From NCBI GenBank assembly GCA_947445025.1, contig CANFCB010000002.1, forward strand, positions 18,802 through 82,801: a DNA stretch of 64,000 bases, in the 5' to 3' direction. The DNA comes from Myxococcales bacterium (GTDB taxonomy: Bacteria > Myxococcota > UBA727 > JABDBI01). The position numbers and the translations under genes are program-made. The stretch's first letter is position 1. Each line of letters opens with the position of its first letter. Positions 1 to 10,206 of this stretch are shown here, in pieces. A model generated the notes under the pieces. The model had not been told where the DNA came from, did not search any database, and saw only the letters and a program-made list of their open reading frames with translations.

Positions 1-2247
1 ATAAATTCGCGGCCAAGCCAAGGTGTTTTTAATATCACTTTTACGCCCCCAGAATAAACCTAAATCAATCTGGGTGGTCCATTGCAACATAGATCCAAAT
101 AGATTGGATTCATGAATCTCTGCGCCGACAGAGAAAAGTTTGTCGGTGCTAAAGCCTAAGGAAAAATCAACCGTTAAAGAAGGCTTTTCTGTAACCGAAA
201 GTAATATCGATACGCTGTCTTTATTTTCATATAGATAGCGATGATTAATGCGCGAGTATAAATTAGTTTGTCTGAGTTTAGCTATACCTTCTTCTAATTT
301 CGCCACATTTAAAGTAGTATTAGGCAAAAATAAAGGTCTTCCTATTTGCCTGATCATGACAGAATTTTCGGTGGCAGTATTGCCGTCAATTAAAATTTGA
401 TTGATGTGAAATTGTTGATTCTCTTCAGGTGGATTTAGATAAAAAAGCAATGTATTGCTTGAACCATTTTCAATTGTTTTGCTGGTGATTTTTGCGTGCA
501 GATAGCCATTAGAGCGATAGACATCTAGAATGCGATTTTCATCGTCGGTAATAAAGTGCTTTAGGTAAGGACTTTTTTTGCAAATTGACGTTGATGTTAA
601 ATTCTGATCATGATTTTTGTGAGCATTTTGGCAATTGGATAGCAAAGGAAGAATTTGTGGCAATAGCGTTGAATCGCCATTTTCAATAAAAAGTTCTTGA
701 ATAGTGTATTTTTGACCTGGATTAATTTGGTGCCATATATGTAGTCCTTCTTGAGTGACTCTTTTTTCGGTTTTAATTTGAACATCGCGGTAGCCTTGAT
801 TGATGTAGAATAAATTTAATTTAGCGACATCAGCGGCAAGCCCAGTGTCATCAAAATGTCCAGAATTAAAAGCGGATCTTGGTAAGACAGTTAATGGTAC
901 TTCTTTAAAAATCCATTGATCTGAAAAAAGCGGATCGCCCGTAAAGCTAATTTGCGTGACTGTTTGAGGGTTTTTTGGTGATATAAAAAATTTGAGGTAG
1001 ACAATTTGATCTTGAATACTATCTTGTTCGGTTGTGACGTTGGCTAAAAGATAGCCTCTTTTTGCTAAAACAGATTTTATATTAGCGATAGAGTAAGCAA
1101 TTTCTTTTTCATCAAATTTGCGCGTATTCGAAAAAGTTAGAACATTTTGCAGTTCATTGATAAGAATGGTTTCGTCAGCCGGCAGCGAAGCGCCCGTGAA
1201 AGACGTATTGAATAGTCTGGAAAAAAACTCGACAGCAAAAAAGTTTCTAAAAAATAAGCCAGTTGATGAAAGCTGAAGCGTTTGCCCTTTGTCAAAAATA
1301 AATTCAGCAATGATTCGAGGTCCCAAGTCGACATAAACATTAATATCAAGGCAGCGCGCGGGTGGTTTGATGGCATTTTTTTTAAAAGTATTTAACTGCT
1401 TAGCTGTGGCTCGGCATTTTCTGGGTGCATGTGCGTCCAAGGGATCAATTAAGGTTTTCTGTGTTGAGATAGATGCTGTGTAATACCCTTTTTGATCTAA
1501 AAAATTCTGAAAATATTGAATCGCTTCTCTTTCGCGTTCACGAGAGTAGCAATTGAATCCACCCATACCAATCGCTTCAAAAGTATCGCGAAAGTTGCGA
1601 CACATATTGCGAAACATGCCTTTTATTTTTGCTTGATCGAAAGTGAGATTAGGAGATAGCGTTACTTGGTTAACTCGTCGAAATGTACCACCATCTATAT
1701 CAATAATGATATCAAGAGTTGCGGTGTCAAGAATTGGTTTGTAGTCAAGCGTGACTTTTGTGTCAAAATAACCCTGTCTTTCTAGAAAAGATGAGACGGT
1801 CTTTTGGATGACGCCCAGCTGAGTTTCGCTATTGGCTGAATCAATATCTAAAGATTCACCAGGCTGAACGGTTAATCGCTTGCGTAAATCCTTTTCTAGC
1901 AAGATGACTGGTAAATTTTGAATGAGGATTTTTCGCAGAATAGGAATTCGTTCTAGTTGACATGAGAGTAAAACGCCATCTTGATTATAAATAAAATGAC
2001 AAGAAATTTGCTTGTATATTTTTAAGGAGCCAAGTCGATTTTTTGCTAATTCGAGGGCGTGATTGTCTGCTTTAACGTGCAGTAGTTCCGATAGATATTG
2101 CTCTAAATCGGTGTTTTCATTTTTATCAATAGGCAGGTTTACCGTCGTCTCTATCCTGGTAATCAACAATGTATTTGCATCGATAGATGCAGAAATTGTG
2201 GGAACTAATAAGCACCCAGTACAAATAAATAAAAGCACAAACCGCAT
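1..2247 (-). CDS. bamA: Omp85/BamA-family outer-membrane protein assembly factor (signal peptide, POTRA repeats, onset of beta-barrel); 3' end runs off the window
   Basis: Absent from the ORF track because it has no stop inside the window. My own minus-strand translation from ATG 2247..2245 stays open for 749 codons to position 1. It starts MRFVLLFICTGCLLVPTISASIDANTLL. POTRA-like units include RKILIQNLPVILLEKDLRKRLTVQPGESLD, ISFTGDPLFSDQWIFKEV and INQILIDGNTATENSVMIRQIG. The barrel onset reads EKPSLTVDFSLGFSTDKLFSVGAEIHESNLFGS. The ATG overlaps the tamB stop (TAATG). Confidence 0.8.
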   Translation of the reverse strand, partial: MRFVLLFICTGCLLVPTISASIDANTLLITRIETTVNLPIDKNENTDLEQYLSELLHVKADNHALELAKNRLGSLKIYKQISCHFIYNQDGVLLSCQLERIPILRKILIQNLPVILLEKDLRKRLTVQPGESLDIDSANSETQLGVIQKTVSSFLERQGYFDTKVTLDYKPILDTATLDIIIDIDGGTFRRVNQVTLSPNLTFDQAKIKGMFRNMCRNFRDTFEAIGMGGFNCYSREREREAIQYFQNFLDQKGYYTASISTQKTLIDPLDAHAPRKCRATAKQLNTFKKNAIKPPARCLDINVYVDLGPRIIAEFIFDKGQTLQLSSTGLFFRNFFAVEFFSRLFNTSFTGASLPADETILINELQNVLTFSNTRKFDEKEIAYSIANIKSVLAKRGYLLANVTTEQDSIQDQIVYLKFFISPKNPQTVTQISFTGDPLFSDQWIFKEVPLTVLPRSAFNSGHFDDTGLAADVAKLNLFYINQGYRDVQIKTEKRVTQEGLHIWHQINPGQKYTIQELFIENGDSTLLPQILPLLSNCQNAHKNHDQNLTSTSICKKSPYLKHFITDDENRILDVYRSNGYLHAKITSKTIENGSSNTLLFYLNPPEENQQFHINQILIDGNTATENSVMIRQIGRPLFLPNTTLNVAKLEEGIAKLRQTNLYSRINHRYLYENKDSVSILLSVTEKPSLTVDFSLGFSTDKLFSVGAEIHESNLFGSMLQWTTQIDLGLFWGRKSDIKNTLAWPRIY

Positions 2248-5200
2248 TATTGTTCCATTACCCTAAATTTAAGGCGAAGATCTTCTCTGGTATCGATGTC
2301 TGTGGCCTCTGTCGCAGGCGAGAAAAGCATGCTTTCTAAGAAAAGTTTTTTGCCAAAGGGCAGATGATCAAAAAGCATTAATTTTAATTTTAGATCCTGG
2401 AAATTAACATTGGAGGCGGTTGTTCTTGCCGTTCCTTCAAATTCAAGTCTTGTATTCAGCTGCCACTGTACCTGAGTGACAATTCCTTCTGCCTGAAGTG
2501 CGCTACCGATTAGAATACGTGTGCCTGTATAAGACGAAAGCATGTCTTCTAGCATTTCCGTGCCACCGTTGCTGACGCCGATTAGTAATAAAAGTAATCG
2601 GTCACGATCAAAAGTTTTATCACCAGAAAGCGTTTTAATATTTAATTTCATTTGCTCAAGATTACCCTTAATACTTAATTCCAAGGTGGTATCTTCGGAT
2701 AAATTAAAACGTTTTTGGGGGAGATCGGCGTAGGCAAAAATACTGATTTGCGGATCAATGAAGCGGCCAGGCGTATTTTTAAACAGTATAGAAGTTGAGG
2801 GAATCTCAAAATAAAGCAGTGGAAATTTAAAAATTCCTTCTGATATATCAACAGCACCAATCAATCGAGGCGATGCCAACGTACCAATTAAATGGAGATT
2901 CGCCGTTAACTGGCTGTCTATGAAGAATGCCGACATTTGTGTTTGGGCATGAAATGAGGATGCGGCAATTTTAACATCGACCAGGACTGGCCAAAGCCAC
3001 TTAGGCAGAGTAAGCTTTCCCATTTTTTCAGAGGATAAAATAAAGTTTTGAAAAGTAAATTTTTTAAATAAATAACCATCGCTAATATTAATTTTTCCAG
3101 AAAATAGGTCTTTTTTATCTTGGCTGCGCAGGGAAACATCAAGATTAATTTCCATCCAATCTCTTTGCTTTCTTAAAACAATTTCATTGCCCTGTAATTG
3201 CAAATCCCAGAATGCAAAACTGCTTTGGTTAGGTTGGTATCGTGTATGCAATATGGCCATTCCATTTATGTAGGCATGGCCATCTCCAATCATCATATCA
3301 ATTTGATCAAACCATAAAGAAATAGTTTTTTCTCTTTGATTGCTTTTAAAATTAATTTGACCACGGTTGAAAATTATATCGTCGAAGATAGCGCCTGGTT
3401 TCAGGAAGGCGCCTTTGTCGGGGATAATGTAGCCGTCAATGAAAGGACTCTTCAAGGTGCCGCTTAAGTGTAATGCACCAGTTGCGAGACCGGCAGCTGT
3501 TGTAAAAAAGGGAGCGAAGTATTTTGTGAAGATTAAAGGGATTTTACCGTCTAAGTTTAGTTTTAATTGAGAGTCAGAAGCAAAACCGCTGACCGACAAT
3601 TGGCCATTGGCAGATGAGAAAAGGGCAGGGGAAAGAAATTCAATGGCGTTGTTATGAAATTGAATTTGGGTTTTTTCTTTTAATTCAATGGGCGCAAGTC
3701 CGGGCATGGCAATCGCCAGCGAATCAATATCGGCATGCCCTTTAAAGATAAGTTTATCTTGCTTAGATTTTTGTGCTAGCCGCGTATGGATCGCAAAATT
3801 AGCATCAACAGAACTAAAATGATTTTTAATAAAACGAATCCAGCGCTCAAGCTTAGTCATATTGAGCCAACCGTCGATTTGTAAATCGTAATCATGGCTT
3901 TGGTTAAAAAGTCCATTGATAGACACTTGCAAGCGATCGCCACCACTTAAGGTCGCCGCGAGCTGTCCTTCTTTGATGCTAGTATAGAGAAGCAGCGGTC
4001 CAGCAGAGACCCATTGTTTTTCTAAACGCAGTGTTTGGTCATAGGTCGTGATGTTTTCTTGATACTGAATATCAGGACAGGTGATTTTAGCTGTAATGCT
4101 GGGTAATTTGAAAGAACCGTCCACTTGCACTGCCCCAGAAATTTTTCCTTGCAAAGGCATGGTGAAAGAGGCGGGCAAAGATGTCCACGGCAATATAGAA
4201 ATATTGTTTAAATCCACTTCGGCACGAATTTTTTCGTGAGCAATATCAATGGTCGAGCGATAAAGAATGGAGGCGTCTCTTTGTACTAATTCTCCGCTTA
4301 ATTGGATAAATGGCTTATGGGTGGGATCATACCAAACAAAAGTTTTGCCGTGTCCAATTAACTGTTTTTTCCAGGTGACATTTTGAAGACTTAGGTAACC
4401 TTGAACTTTTGGTTGGTCAAAATTATTGCTGATTTGTAAAGATCCTGAGGCGGTAGCGGTTAAGCCATATTTGCTTAAACTGGGGAGACCTTCGAGAGAC
4501 AATTGGTGTAAAAATAGCAATCCTTGCAAACTTTTCTTAACTAAATTGATGGTGACTAAGGGAGCACTTATGTCGCCGTAAGGCATATGCGCTTCCATAT
4601 CTTTTATTTGAATTTGATTGTCGCTGTATTTGATGGTCGTGGCGATTTTAGGAAAGAATAAATTTTTTATATGCACATTGGATAGCTGGGTTTTTGCTTG
4701 CAGGTCTGGTTGTTGCCAAGTTCCCAAGATATTGATCTGAGCATGAAGATGGCCGCTGATTTTAGAGTGCAGGAACGAGGGGAATGGTATTTGGTCAAAA
4801 GAGGCATCGCGGATTGTGAATGCACCTCGTATTGGTTTATTATTTCTTGTATCAAAAGACAGATTTCCCAGAACTTGCCCTCTTGCTAGTGTCCCTGCTA
4901 TGTTTTCAAAGATGACAGCGTGCTTATTGATGCGTAGTGCAGCTGATAAATTTTTTCCCCAAGTCGCATCTTTTTGAAAGGTATTTAATAACAGCTTGGC
5001 ACTAAACAAAGATTCTTTTGGAGGTCCTGTCAATTGGCCTTTGGCGTGAAACCCCCTTAGGAGAATATCTTTAGGCATTTTGGTGTAAAAAAGATGCGGG
5101 GTTTGGGCATCGAGAGCGAGCTTTAGTGCTGAATTTTTTGTAGTTAAATCGATACTGCCGCTGACATTTAAATTTAAGTCACTACTGATCAAAGTCGCCT

Positions 5201-6374
5201 TCACAAATTCTAATTTTTTTTGCGGCGTCAGAATCAAATTTAAATCAAGGTGAGATGTTGGAACCTGAAAATCGTAGCTAATTAAATTATCAACATCCGT
5301 ATTGGCATGAATTTGGATGGGGGAATTCTCAGAAATAACGCCTGAAACATCTAATTGTCCTGACAAAACAGCATCAGCCTCTAGGTCAAACTTAATTGTT
5401 TTTCTGAAATTTTTAAAGGGCAATCGATGAATGTGAGAAGCTATTTTTATGGCACGTGTGGCTAGGTCAAACGTGCCTTGCGAAGTAATAACTGCGCTGT
5501 CATTTAGCTCAAGTCTGCCGTTTTTGAGTAAGACCAGCTTGGTGTTGATTTCTAAATCTAGGACAGCCCTTTTAATAGACAGATCAAAAATTTCGAGGGG
5601 ACCTATCTGAGATTTAATCAGAAATTGGTGTCCATGAAAATGAATGCTGCCCTGCACCTGAATAGGAGTGTCAAAAATTTTCGCTGTTAAATTTTTAATT
5701 TTTAAAATTTGTTTCTGATAAGAGGCATTTTCCAGAAATAGGGTTTGGATATCCCATTTTTTTTGCTCAAAAGAGAAGTTTCCTTGTCGACTTTTTAAAG
5801 ATGCAACGTGTATTTCTGCTCCCTGAGGGCTTAACTTGATCTGTCCAGAAGCAAAGATTTGATCAAAAAAAAGTTGTGGCTTTTTTTCATTTATCCACGA
5901 CAAACGGCCATTGCTGATTTGGATATGATTTAAGTCAATCAGCGGAAGTGAACTGTTGTTTTTTTTTATTTTCATTTTTGCGAAAATGCGAGCGAGATTG
6001 AGTTCTCCATTTTCCGTCGCCAGATTGATGCTGGGGTTTTCTGCTGCAATGGAATCTGCTTTTATTCTTCCAATAAACAAAGAGAGCAAAGACAGATTAA
6101 TGGTTACTTTTTTGATAGCAATAATTGTCTGTTGCTGTTGATCTTGCAGGTTGAAATTATTAAAGATCAGAGTACTCGGTGGTGAAAAAGTGACTTTTTC
6201 GGCTTTGATCGTTCCGTTGATATTTTCATGAATGGTTTTAAGGACCAAATCCGGAATCGATTGATTTAAAATATTAAAAAACGGATTAGCGACGAGAGGG
6301 TGCGAGAAGGTGCAAAACATGACTGCCCATATCCACGCCTTGATGAAAAATAAATAACGCATTGAGGGTATCAT
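2247..6374 (-). CDS. tamB: TamB/AsmA-like translocation and assembly module protein (1375 aa)
   Basis: It has an N-terminal signal-anchor (MRYLFFIKAWIWAVMFCTF), a very long beta-rich repetitive body and a DUF490-like C-terminal end. Its size and its position immediately upstream of an Omp85 gene fit TamB. An alternative start is M5 at 6362. Confidence 0.8.
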   Translation of the reverse strand: MIPSMRYLFFIKAWIWAVMFCTFSHPLVANPFFNILNQSIPDLVLKTIHENINGTIKAEKVTFSPPSTLIFNNFNLQDQQQQTIIAIKKVTINLSLLSLFIGRIKADSIAAENPSINLATENGELNLARIFAKMKIKKNNSSLPLIDLNHIQISNGRLSWINEKKPQLFFDQIFASGQIKLSPQGAEIHVASLKSRQGNFSFEQKKWDIQTLFLENASYQKQILKIKNLTAKIFDTPIQVQGSIHFHGHQFLIKSQIGPLEIFDLSIKRAVLDLEINTKLVLLKNGRLELNDSAVITSQGTFDLATRAIKIASHIHRLPFKNFRKTIKFDLEADAVLSGQLDVSGVISENSPIQIHANTDVDNLISYDFQVPTSHLDLNLILTPQKKLEFVKATLISSDLNLNVSGSIDLTTKNSALKLALDAQTPHLFYTKMPKDILLRGFHAKGQLTGPPKESLFSAKLLLNTFQKDATWGKNLSAALRINKHAVIFENIAGTLARGQVLGNLSFDTRNNKPIRGAFTIRDASFDQIPFPSFLHSKISGHLHAQINILGTWQQPDLQAKTQLSNVHIKNLFFPKIATTIKYSDNQIQIKDMEAHMPYGDISAPLVTINLVKKSLQGLLFLHQLSLEGLPSLSKYGLTATASGSLQISNNFDQPKVQGYLSLQNVTWKKQLIGHGKTFVWYDPTHKPFIQLSGELVQRDASILYRSTIDIAHEKIRAEVDLNNISILPWTSLPASFTMPLQGKISGAVQVDGSFKLPSITAKITCPDIQYQENITTYDQTLRLEKQWVSAGPLLLYTSIKEGQLAATLSGGDRLQVSINGLFNQSHDYDLQIDGWLNMTKLERWIRFIKNHFSSVDANFAIHTRLAQKSKQDKLIFKGHADIDSLAIAMPGLAPIELKEKTQIQFHNNAIEFLSPALFSSANGQLSVSGFASDSQLKLNLDGKIPLIFTKYFAPFFTTAAGLATGALHLSGTLKSPFIDGYIIPDKGAFLKPGAIFDDIIFNRGQINFKSNQREKTISLWFDQIDMMIGDGHAYINGMAILHTRYQPNQSSFAFWDLQLQGNEIVLRKQRDWMEINLDVSLRSQDKKDLFSGKINISDGYLFKKFTFQNFILSSEKMGKLTLPKWLWPVLVDVKIAASSFHAQTQMSAFFIDSQLTANLHLIGTLASPRLIGAVDISEGIFKFPLLYFEIPSTSILFKNTPGRFIDPQISIFAYADLPQKRFNLSEDTTLELSIKGNLEQMKLNIKTLSGDKTFDRDRLLLLLIGVSNGGTEMLEDMLSSYTGTRILIGSALQAEGIVTQVQWQLNTRLEFEGTARTTASNVNFQDLKLKLMLFDHLPFGKKLFLESMLFSPATEATDIDTREDLRLKFRVMEQ

Positions 6375-6493
6375 GCCTTAACCTGACAACTAATTCTATT
6401 TTTGTCGTAAATTTTCTTGTAAGGCAACAAAGAGTCATTTATGAAAAGCAAAAAGCATGTTTGCTTTTATTTTTCACAAGGAGAATCTAGAAG

Positions 6494-7114
6494 ATGATGA
6501 CGGCCAGAGACTCGTTGCTGCATGAAATTCTGACTCTTACTAAGCGCCCCTATTCCAAACTTGCAAAAGCAAATATTGCTAAGGTGTTGACCGGTTACCG
6601 TATTCAGGCAAAGCCCAGCTTGGTTTTGCTAGAAAAAATGACGGCTCGCGAAACTTTGCAAGAAAAGGTTCTAGAAGCGTGGCAAATTTTAAACGCTTCT
6701 CGTCTGGAGTATGACATTAAAGAAGCCATCGACGACTATCGGATGCAATTTAAACAAAACACTAAAAATAAGAGCACCAAGGAAATGGGCTTAGTACAGG
6801 CGACTAGAAATGCTGCTAATGTAGACGGCAACGCTGGTCTTCCTAAAAAAAAGGCGGTGGTTATCTCTGTGAGCCATAGAAAAGACGGAGGTCCAATCGC
6901 GGGCGGTCCTAAAAAACGCCAATACGCTCGTAGTGAGTGCCCTAAGTGTCACAGCATGGGGGTGGTTTTGGCCCGGGCATCTTGTGGCGATGGATATTTT
7001 TCTTGTATTTATTGCGGCTTTCAAGCTTATCGAGGTAGATTAGATTCAGAGCTGGATCTGCCTTTAGCTGCAGAGCTTTTAGGGCGCCGCTTCGATGAAG
7101 AGAAGGAAGTCTAA
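6494..7114 (+). CDS. hypothetical protein with C-terminal Cys4 zinc-ribbon (CPKC...x17...CIYC)
   Basis: 206-aa ORF with an RBS-like aaggaga upstream. The N-terminal half is helical and the middle is basic and Gly-rich. The C-terminal segment reads CPKCHSMGVVLARASCGDGYFSCIYCGF. I recognised no family. Confidence 0.5.
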   Translation: MMTARDSLLHEILTLTKRPYSKLAKANIAKVLTGYRIQAKPSLVLLEKMTARETLQEKVLEAWQILNASRLEYDIKEAIDDYRMQFKQNTKNKSTKEMGLVQATRNAANVDGNAGLPKKKAVVISVSHRKDGGPIAGGPKKRQYARSECPKCHSMGVVLARASCGDGYFSCIYCGFQAYRGRLDSELDLPLAAELLGRRFDEEKEV

Positions 7115-7136
7115 GACATAGGATAGGTTTTTAAGG

Positions 7137-8780
7137 ATGCATGTATTTTCTAAGCAGTGTCGATTTTTTGGGATATTGCTTTTACTTTTTTTAAGTAATT
7201 GTAAGTGGACCGAGCAGCAAAATGTAAAAGGTCGCTTTGCCGTCGACAGCAAAGATGCCTTTGTTTTGCTTTTTAGCACGAATGTGCGTGGTTATATCGA
7301 GCCCTGCGGCTGCACCAGTGATCCTTTGGGCGGATTGGATCGATTGGCTTTTGTTGTACGCGAAGCACGTCAAGCGTTTCAAGACCGCCTGCTATTTGTA
7401 GATGGAGGGAATCTTTTTTTTGATTCTACTAAAAAGCAGGCTGAAGTTGATTTATGCCAGGATGAGGCTAAACTTAATATTTTGCTTGCAACTTATCAAA
7501 GCTTAAAAGTTGCAGGGACGCTGCCAGGACCTTTTGATGAGTCTCGTGGTGCGGCGTTCTATCATTCTTTTTTACAAAAGTATCAAATTCCTGTTTTGAA
7601 TGAAATGCCCAGGCCTGGACAAATTTTAGATCAATCCGGCGTCAAAATTGGGTTGATAGGGGTGAGTTCAAACATTGATTTCAGCAAGGAAGCGCAGCGG
7701 TTAAAAAATGAGGGAGCTCAGATCGTTGTGGTAGTGGCGCAGGCACATACGTCAAGTGTGCGGACTTGGTTTCAAGGTGTAACGGATGTTGACATCGTGA
7801 TTTTAGGGCAAGAGATGAGCGAGACACCAATGCCTGCAGAGTTGTTATCTGAGCAAGGACCCTGGTTGGTCTCTGCGGCAATGCAGGGTCAATATTTAGG
7901 TGTTGTTGAGTTTAGAAATATATCTCTTAAAAAGACCGGGCCTTGGCAGATAGATGACAGATTGCATAAAAATGAAATGCGTTCTCGTTTATTGCAAAAC
8001 CGCGCCCAATCTTTAAAAAAACAAATCAAAGATGCGGCGTTAGCAAGACGATCTTTTTTAGAAAAGCAACTGCGTAGTATCGAAACAGAATTAATTAACG
8101 AAAAAAAAATGCCAAGCAATCAGGTCGAAATACCAGGACCATTTTTCAAATTCAGAGCGATTGCGCTTCATAAAGAAATTACACCGTTGCCAGAAGTGCA
8201 AAAAAAACTATTGGCTTATGAGAAATCAATCCCCCATTTGGTTTCCAAGTGTGAAGCAAACACGAATTGCCAGCCTGTAAAACCTGGCGAGCCTACTTAT
8301 GTGGGTGTGCAAACTTGCAAAAATTGCCACCTCGCTGCTGTCAATGTTTGGGAAAATGCGGTAGTGGAAATGGCTGGCAAAAATGAAAAAGGTTTGCCTA
8401 TTAAACAAAGATCTGGGCACTCTTTAGCGTGGTCAACTTTGGAGAAAAAACATAAAGCGACTGATCGAAATTGCATCGGGTGTCACAGCATCGGTTTCAT
8501 GGAGCCTGGTGGTTATTGCAAAGTCAGCGAAATCGATTTTCGCAAAAATGTCCAATGCGAATCTTGCCATGGGCCAGGAAGTTTACACGCGTTAAGCGGT
8601 GATAAAAAATGGATTAAACGCGAGGTTCCCGAAAGTACCTGCCGCACTTGCCATCATGTGCCACATATTGAAACCACAGCAAGCTTTGTTTATGAGGATA
8701 AACTCAAATTGATTTTAGGCAAAGGCCATGGCGAAGCGTTGTTGATGCGTCTCAATCATGGTTCGGCAAAATCGCAATAA
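7137..8780 (+). CDS. secreted tetrahaem c-type cytochrome with an N-terminal degenerate 5'-nucleotidase/metallophosphoesterase-like domain
   Basis: Signal peptide/lipobox-like LLLLFLSNC. Four CxxCH motifs lie in the last ~150 aa (CKNCH, CIGCH, CESCH, CRTCH). The N-terminal LLFSTNVRGYIEPCGCTSDPLGGLDRLA...LLFVDGGNLFF resembles the 5'-NT fold, but the D/H metal ligands are not evident. Confidence 0.75.
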   Translation: MHVFSKQCRFFGILLLLFLSNCKWTEQQNVKGRFAVDSKDAFVLLFSTNVRGYIEPCGCTSDPLGGLDRLAFVVREARQAFQDRLLFVDGGNLFFDSTKKQAEVDLCQDEAKLNILLATYQSLKVAGTLPGPFDESRGAAFYHSFLQKYQIPVLNEMPRPGQILDQSGVKIGLIGVSSNIDFSKEAQRLKNEGAQIVVVVAQAHTSSVRTWFQGVTDVDIVILGQEMSETPMPAELLSEQGPWLVSAAMQGQYLGVVEFRNISLKKTGPWQIDDRLHKNEMRSRLLQNRAQSLKKQIKDAALARRSFLEKQLRSIETELINEKKMPSNQVEIPGPFFKFRAIALHKEITPLPEVQKKLLAYEKSIPHLVSKCEANTNCQPVKPGEPTYVGVQTCKNCHLAAVNVWENAVVEMAGKNEKGLPIKQRSGHSLAWSTLEKKHKATDRNCIGCHSIGFMEPGGYCKVSEIDFRKNVQCESCHGPGSLHALSGDKKWIKREVPESTCRTCHHVPHIETTASFVYEDKLKLILGKGHGEALLMRLNHGSAKSQ

Positions 8781-10206
8781 GCTGCCAGAGTAATTGAGGG
8801 AGCATTCCAGTAGCAATAAGCACTACTGCACATGAAAAAAGAAAAACAGTGTGCTTGGTCGGATGCAGGCTGCTAAATTCATAATGTGGCGATTTGGCAA
8901 ATAGAAAGACAGCTAATCTGGCGACGGGTGCAGTGCCAATGATGATGCTGAGAATCATGATAATCCCACTTAAAAAATATTGATTTAAAAATAAATTTTT
9001 TAATGCCGACATGCGAATATAAAATCCCAGTGTTCCCGGAACACCCACCAGCGAAGAAAGACTGATAAGCCAGGCCGTGATGATGAAAGGGTGTTTGCGG
9101 CCTGCGCCTGCATAATCTTCCCAGGTCATCTCTAAGTGTGCGGGGATTTTTAAAAAGTTTAGACCCAGAATAACACCGGGGATGGCAACAGCGACGTTGA
9201 CGAGAAACATGAAAAACATGAAGGGAGTGGCCTGGCTGAGATTCGCATTTGCGAGCGTTAATGTGAGCCATAATCCCGGCTGCAGCATGAATAAGTAGAC
9301 AGCCATGCGGGCAATGCGCCTTTGATCAATGGCCATGAATCCCGGAATTAGCATAGAAAGCATTGCAAAAAAACCAAGAAAATTCAAAAGTATCGGAGAA
9401 GCATTGCCTGCGATTTGATTGGCTTCAATCATGCGCAGTAAAATTATGCTGCCGGGGATAAAACTACCCATGGCAAATGCCGTAGATAGATAAGAAGAGG
9501 TTCCGTCAAGATAATCGATGTGAAACCAAAAAAATGGGGCAACGTCAAAAAAAGAGAGGACTAAAATCCAAATAAATGACCAAGCTATTTTGCCTAAAGT
9601 GGCATTCAAAGGATCGTTGATGGCGTTGGCAATTGAGGCAAATTGAGTTGAACCAGAGCAGAGGTAAGAAAAAGCAATTGCCGTGGCCATGCTTAAGAGT
9701 AAGAAACTCGCCTTTATGAAAATTTTGGCAGCTACCTCAGATCCCAATTGGTGGTAATTATCAAAAGCAGCAAGAGCCATCATGATCAAAGTCCACAGAC
9801 TGACACAAATAGTAAAATATAAAATATCTTTCAAGGTGCACATGACGATAACAAGTAAGAGCGCAACCAGGAGGAGCGCATACTTTTCGCCGCGTTCTTG
9901 ACGTAAATCACGTGATTGTAGCATGCTTAAAATTAAGCAGAAAAGCGCCATGAGGCAGGAAAAGAAAATAGCCCATTTGGCAGCTTGGTCGAAGGCAAAA
10001 ATTGGATTTGAAAAGGAGACTGGTGCGCTTAAGCTGTAAAGGGCAACGCCTGCAATTGATAAAAAAGTCAGCAATGCAATATGAGGTTTATTTCCTATTT
10101 TTTTAAAGCCTTCTTGGACGCCGGCACCCTCTAACAATAGGCATAAAACAGCACTTATTAGCAATGTTACCGATGTCACCAATAGTGGCGTTGGTACATT
10201 TAACAT
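8752..10206 (-). CDS. nuoN: NuoN-like antiporter-type membrane subunit (divergent, 484 aa)
   Basis: Polytopic protein and last gene of a J-K-L-M-N-ordered operon. GEKYALLL resembles the NuoN GEYYALLL motif and SEVAAKIFIKASF resembles SxEAAxKYFxxGAF. The TM7-8 motif PxHxWxPDxxEGxPTPxS is degenerate (APFFWFHIDYLDGTSSYLS). The start overlaps the upstream stop (TAATG at 10204-10208). Confidence 0.6.
   Translation of the reverse strand: MLNVPTPLLVTSVTLLISAVLCLLLEGAGVQEGFKKIGNKPHIALLTFLSIAGVALYSLSAPVSFSNPIFAFDQAAKWAIFFSCLMALFCLILSMLQSRDLRQERGEKYALLLVALLLVIVMCTLKDILYFTICVSLWTLIMMALAAFDNYHQLGSEVAAKIFIKASFLLLSMATAIAFSYLCSGSTQFASIANAINDPLNATLGKIAWSFIWILVLSFFDVAPFFWFHIDYLDGTSSYLSTAFAMGSFIPGSIILLRMIEANQIAGNASPILLNFLGFFAMLSMLIPGFMAIDQRRIARMAVYLFMLQPGLWLTLTLANANLSQATPFMFFMFLVNVAVAIPGVILGLNFLKIPAHLEMTWEDYAGAGRKHPFIITAWLISLSSLVGVPGTLGFYIRMSALKNLFLNQYFLSGIIMILSIIIGTAPVARLAVFLFAKSPHYEFSSLHPTKHTVFLFSCAVVLIATGMLPQLLWQLIAILPNHD

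Noticed and set aside
6441-6497. An 18-codon upstream ORF (MKSKKHVCFYFSQGESRR) overlaps the start of the 206-aa zinc-ribbon gene (ATGA). It contains a hairpin, aaagcaaa-aagcatg-tttgcttt.
   Set aside because: It has no RBS of its own and no recognisable leader-peptide logic. It may be chance in AT-rich DNA, so I note it only as a possible leader.
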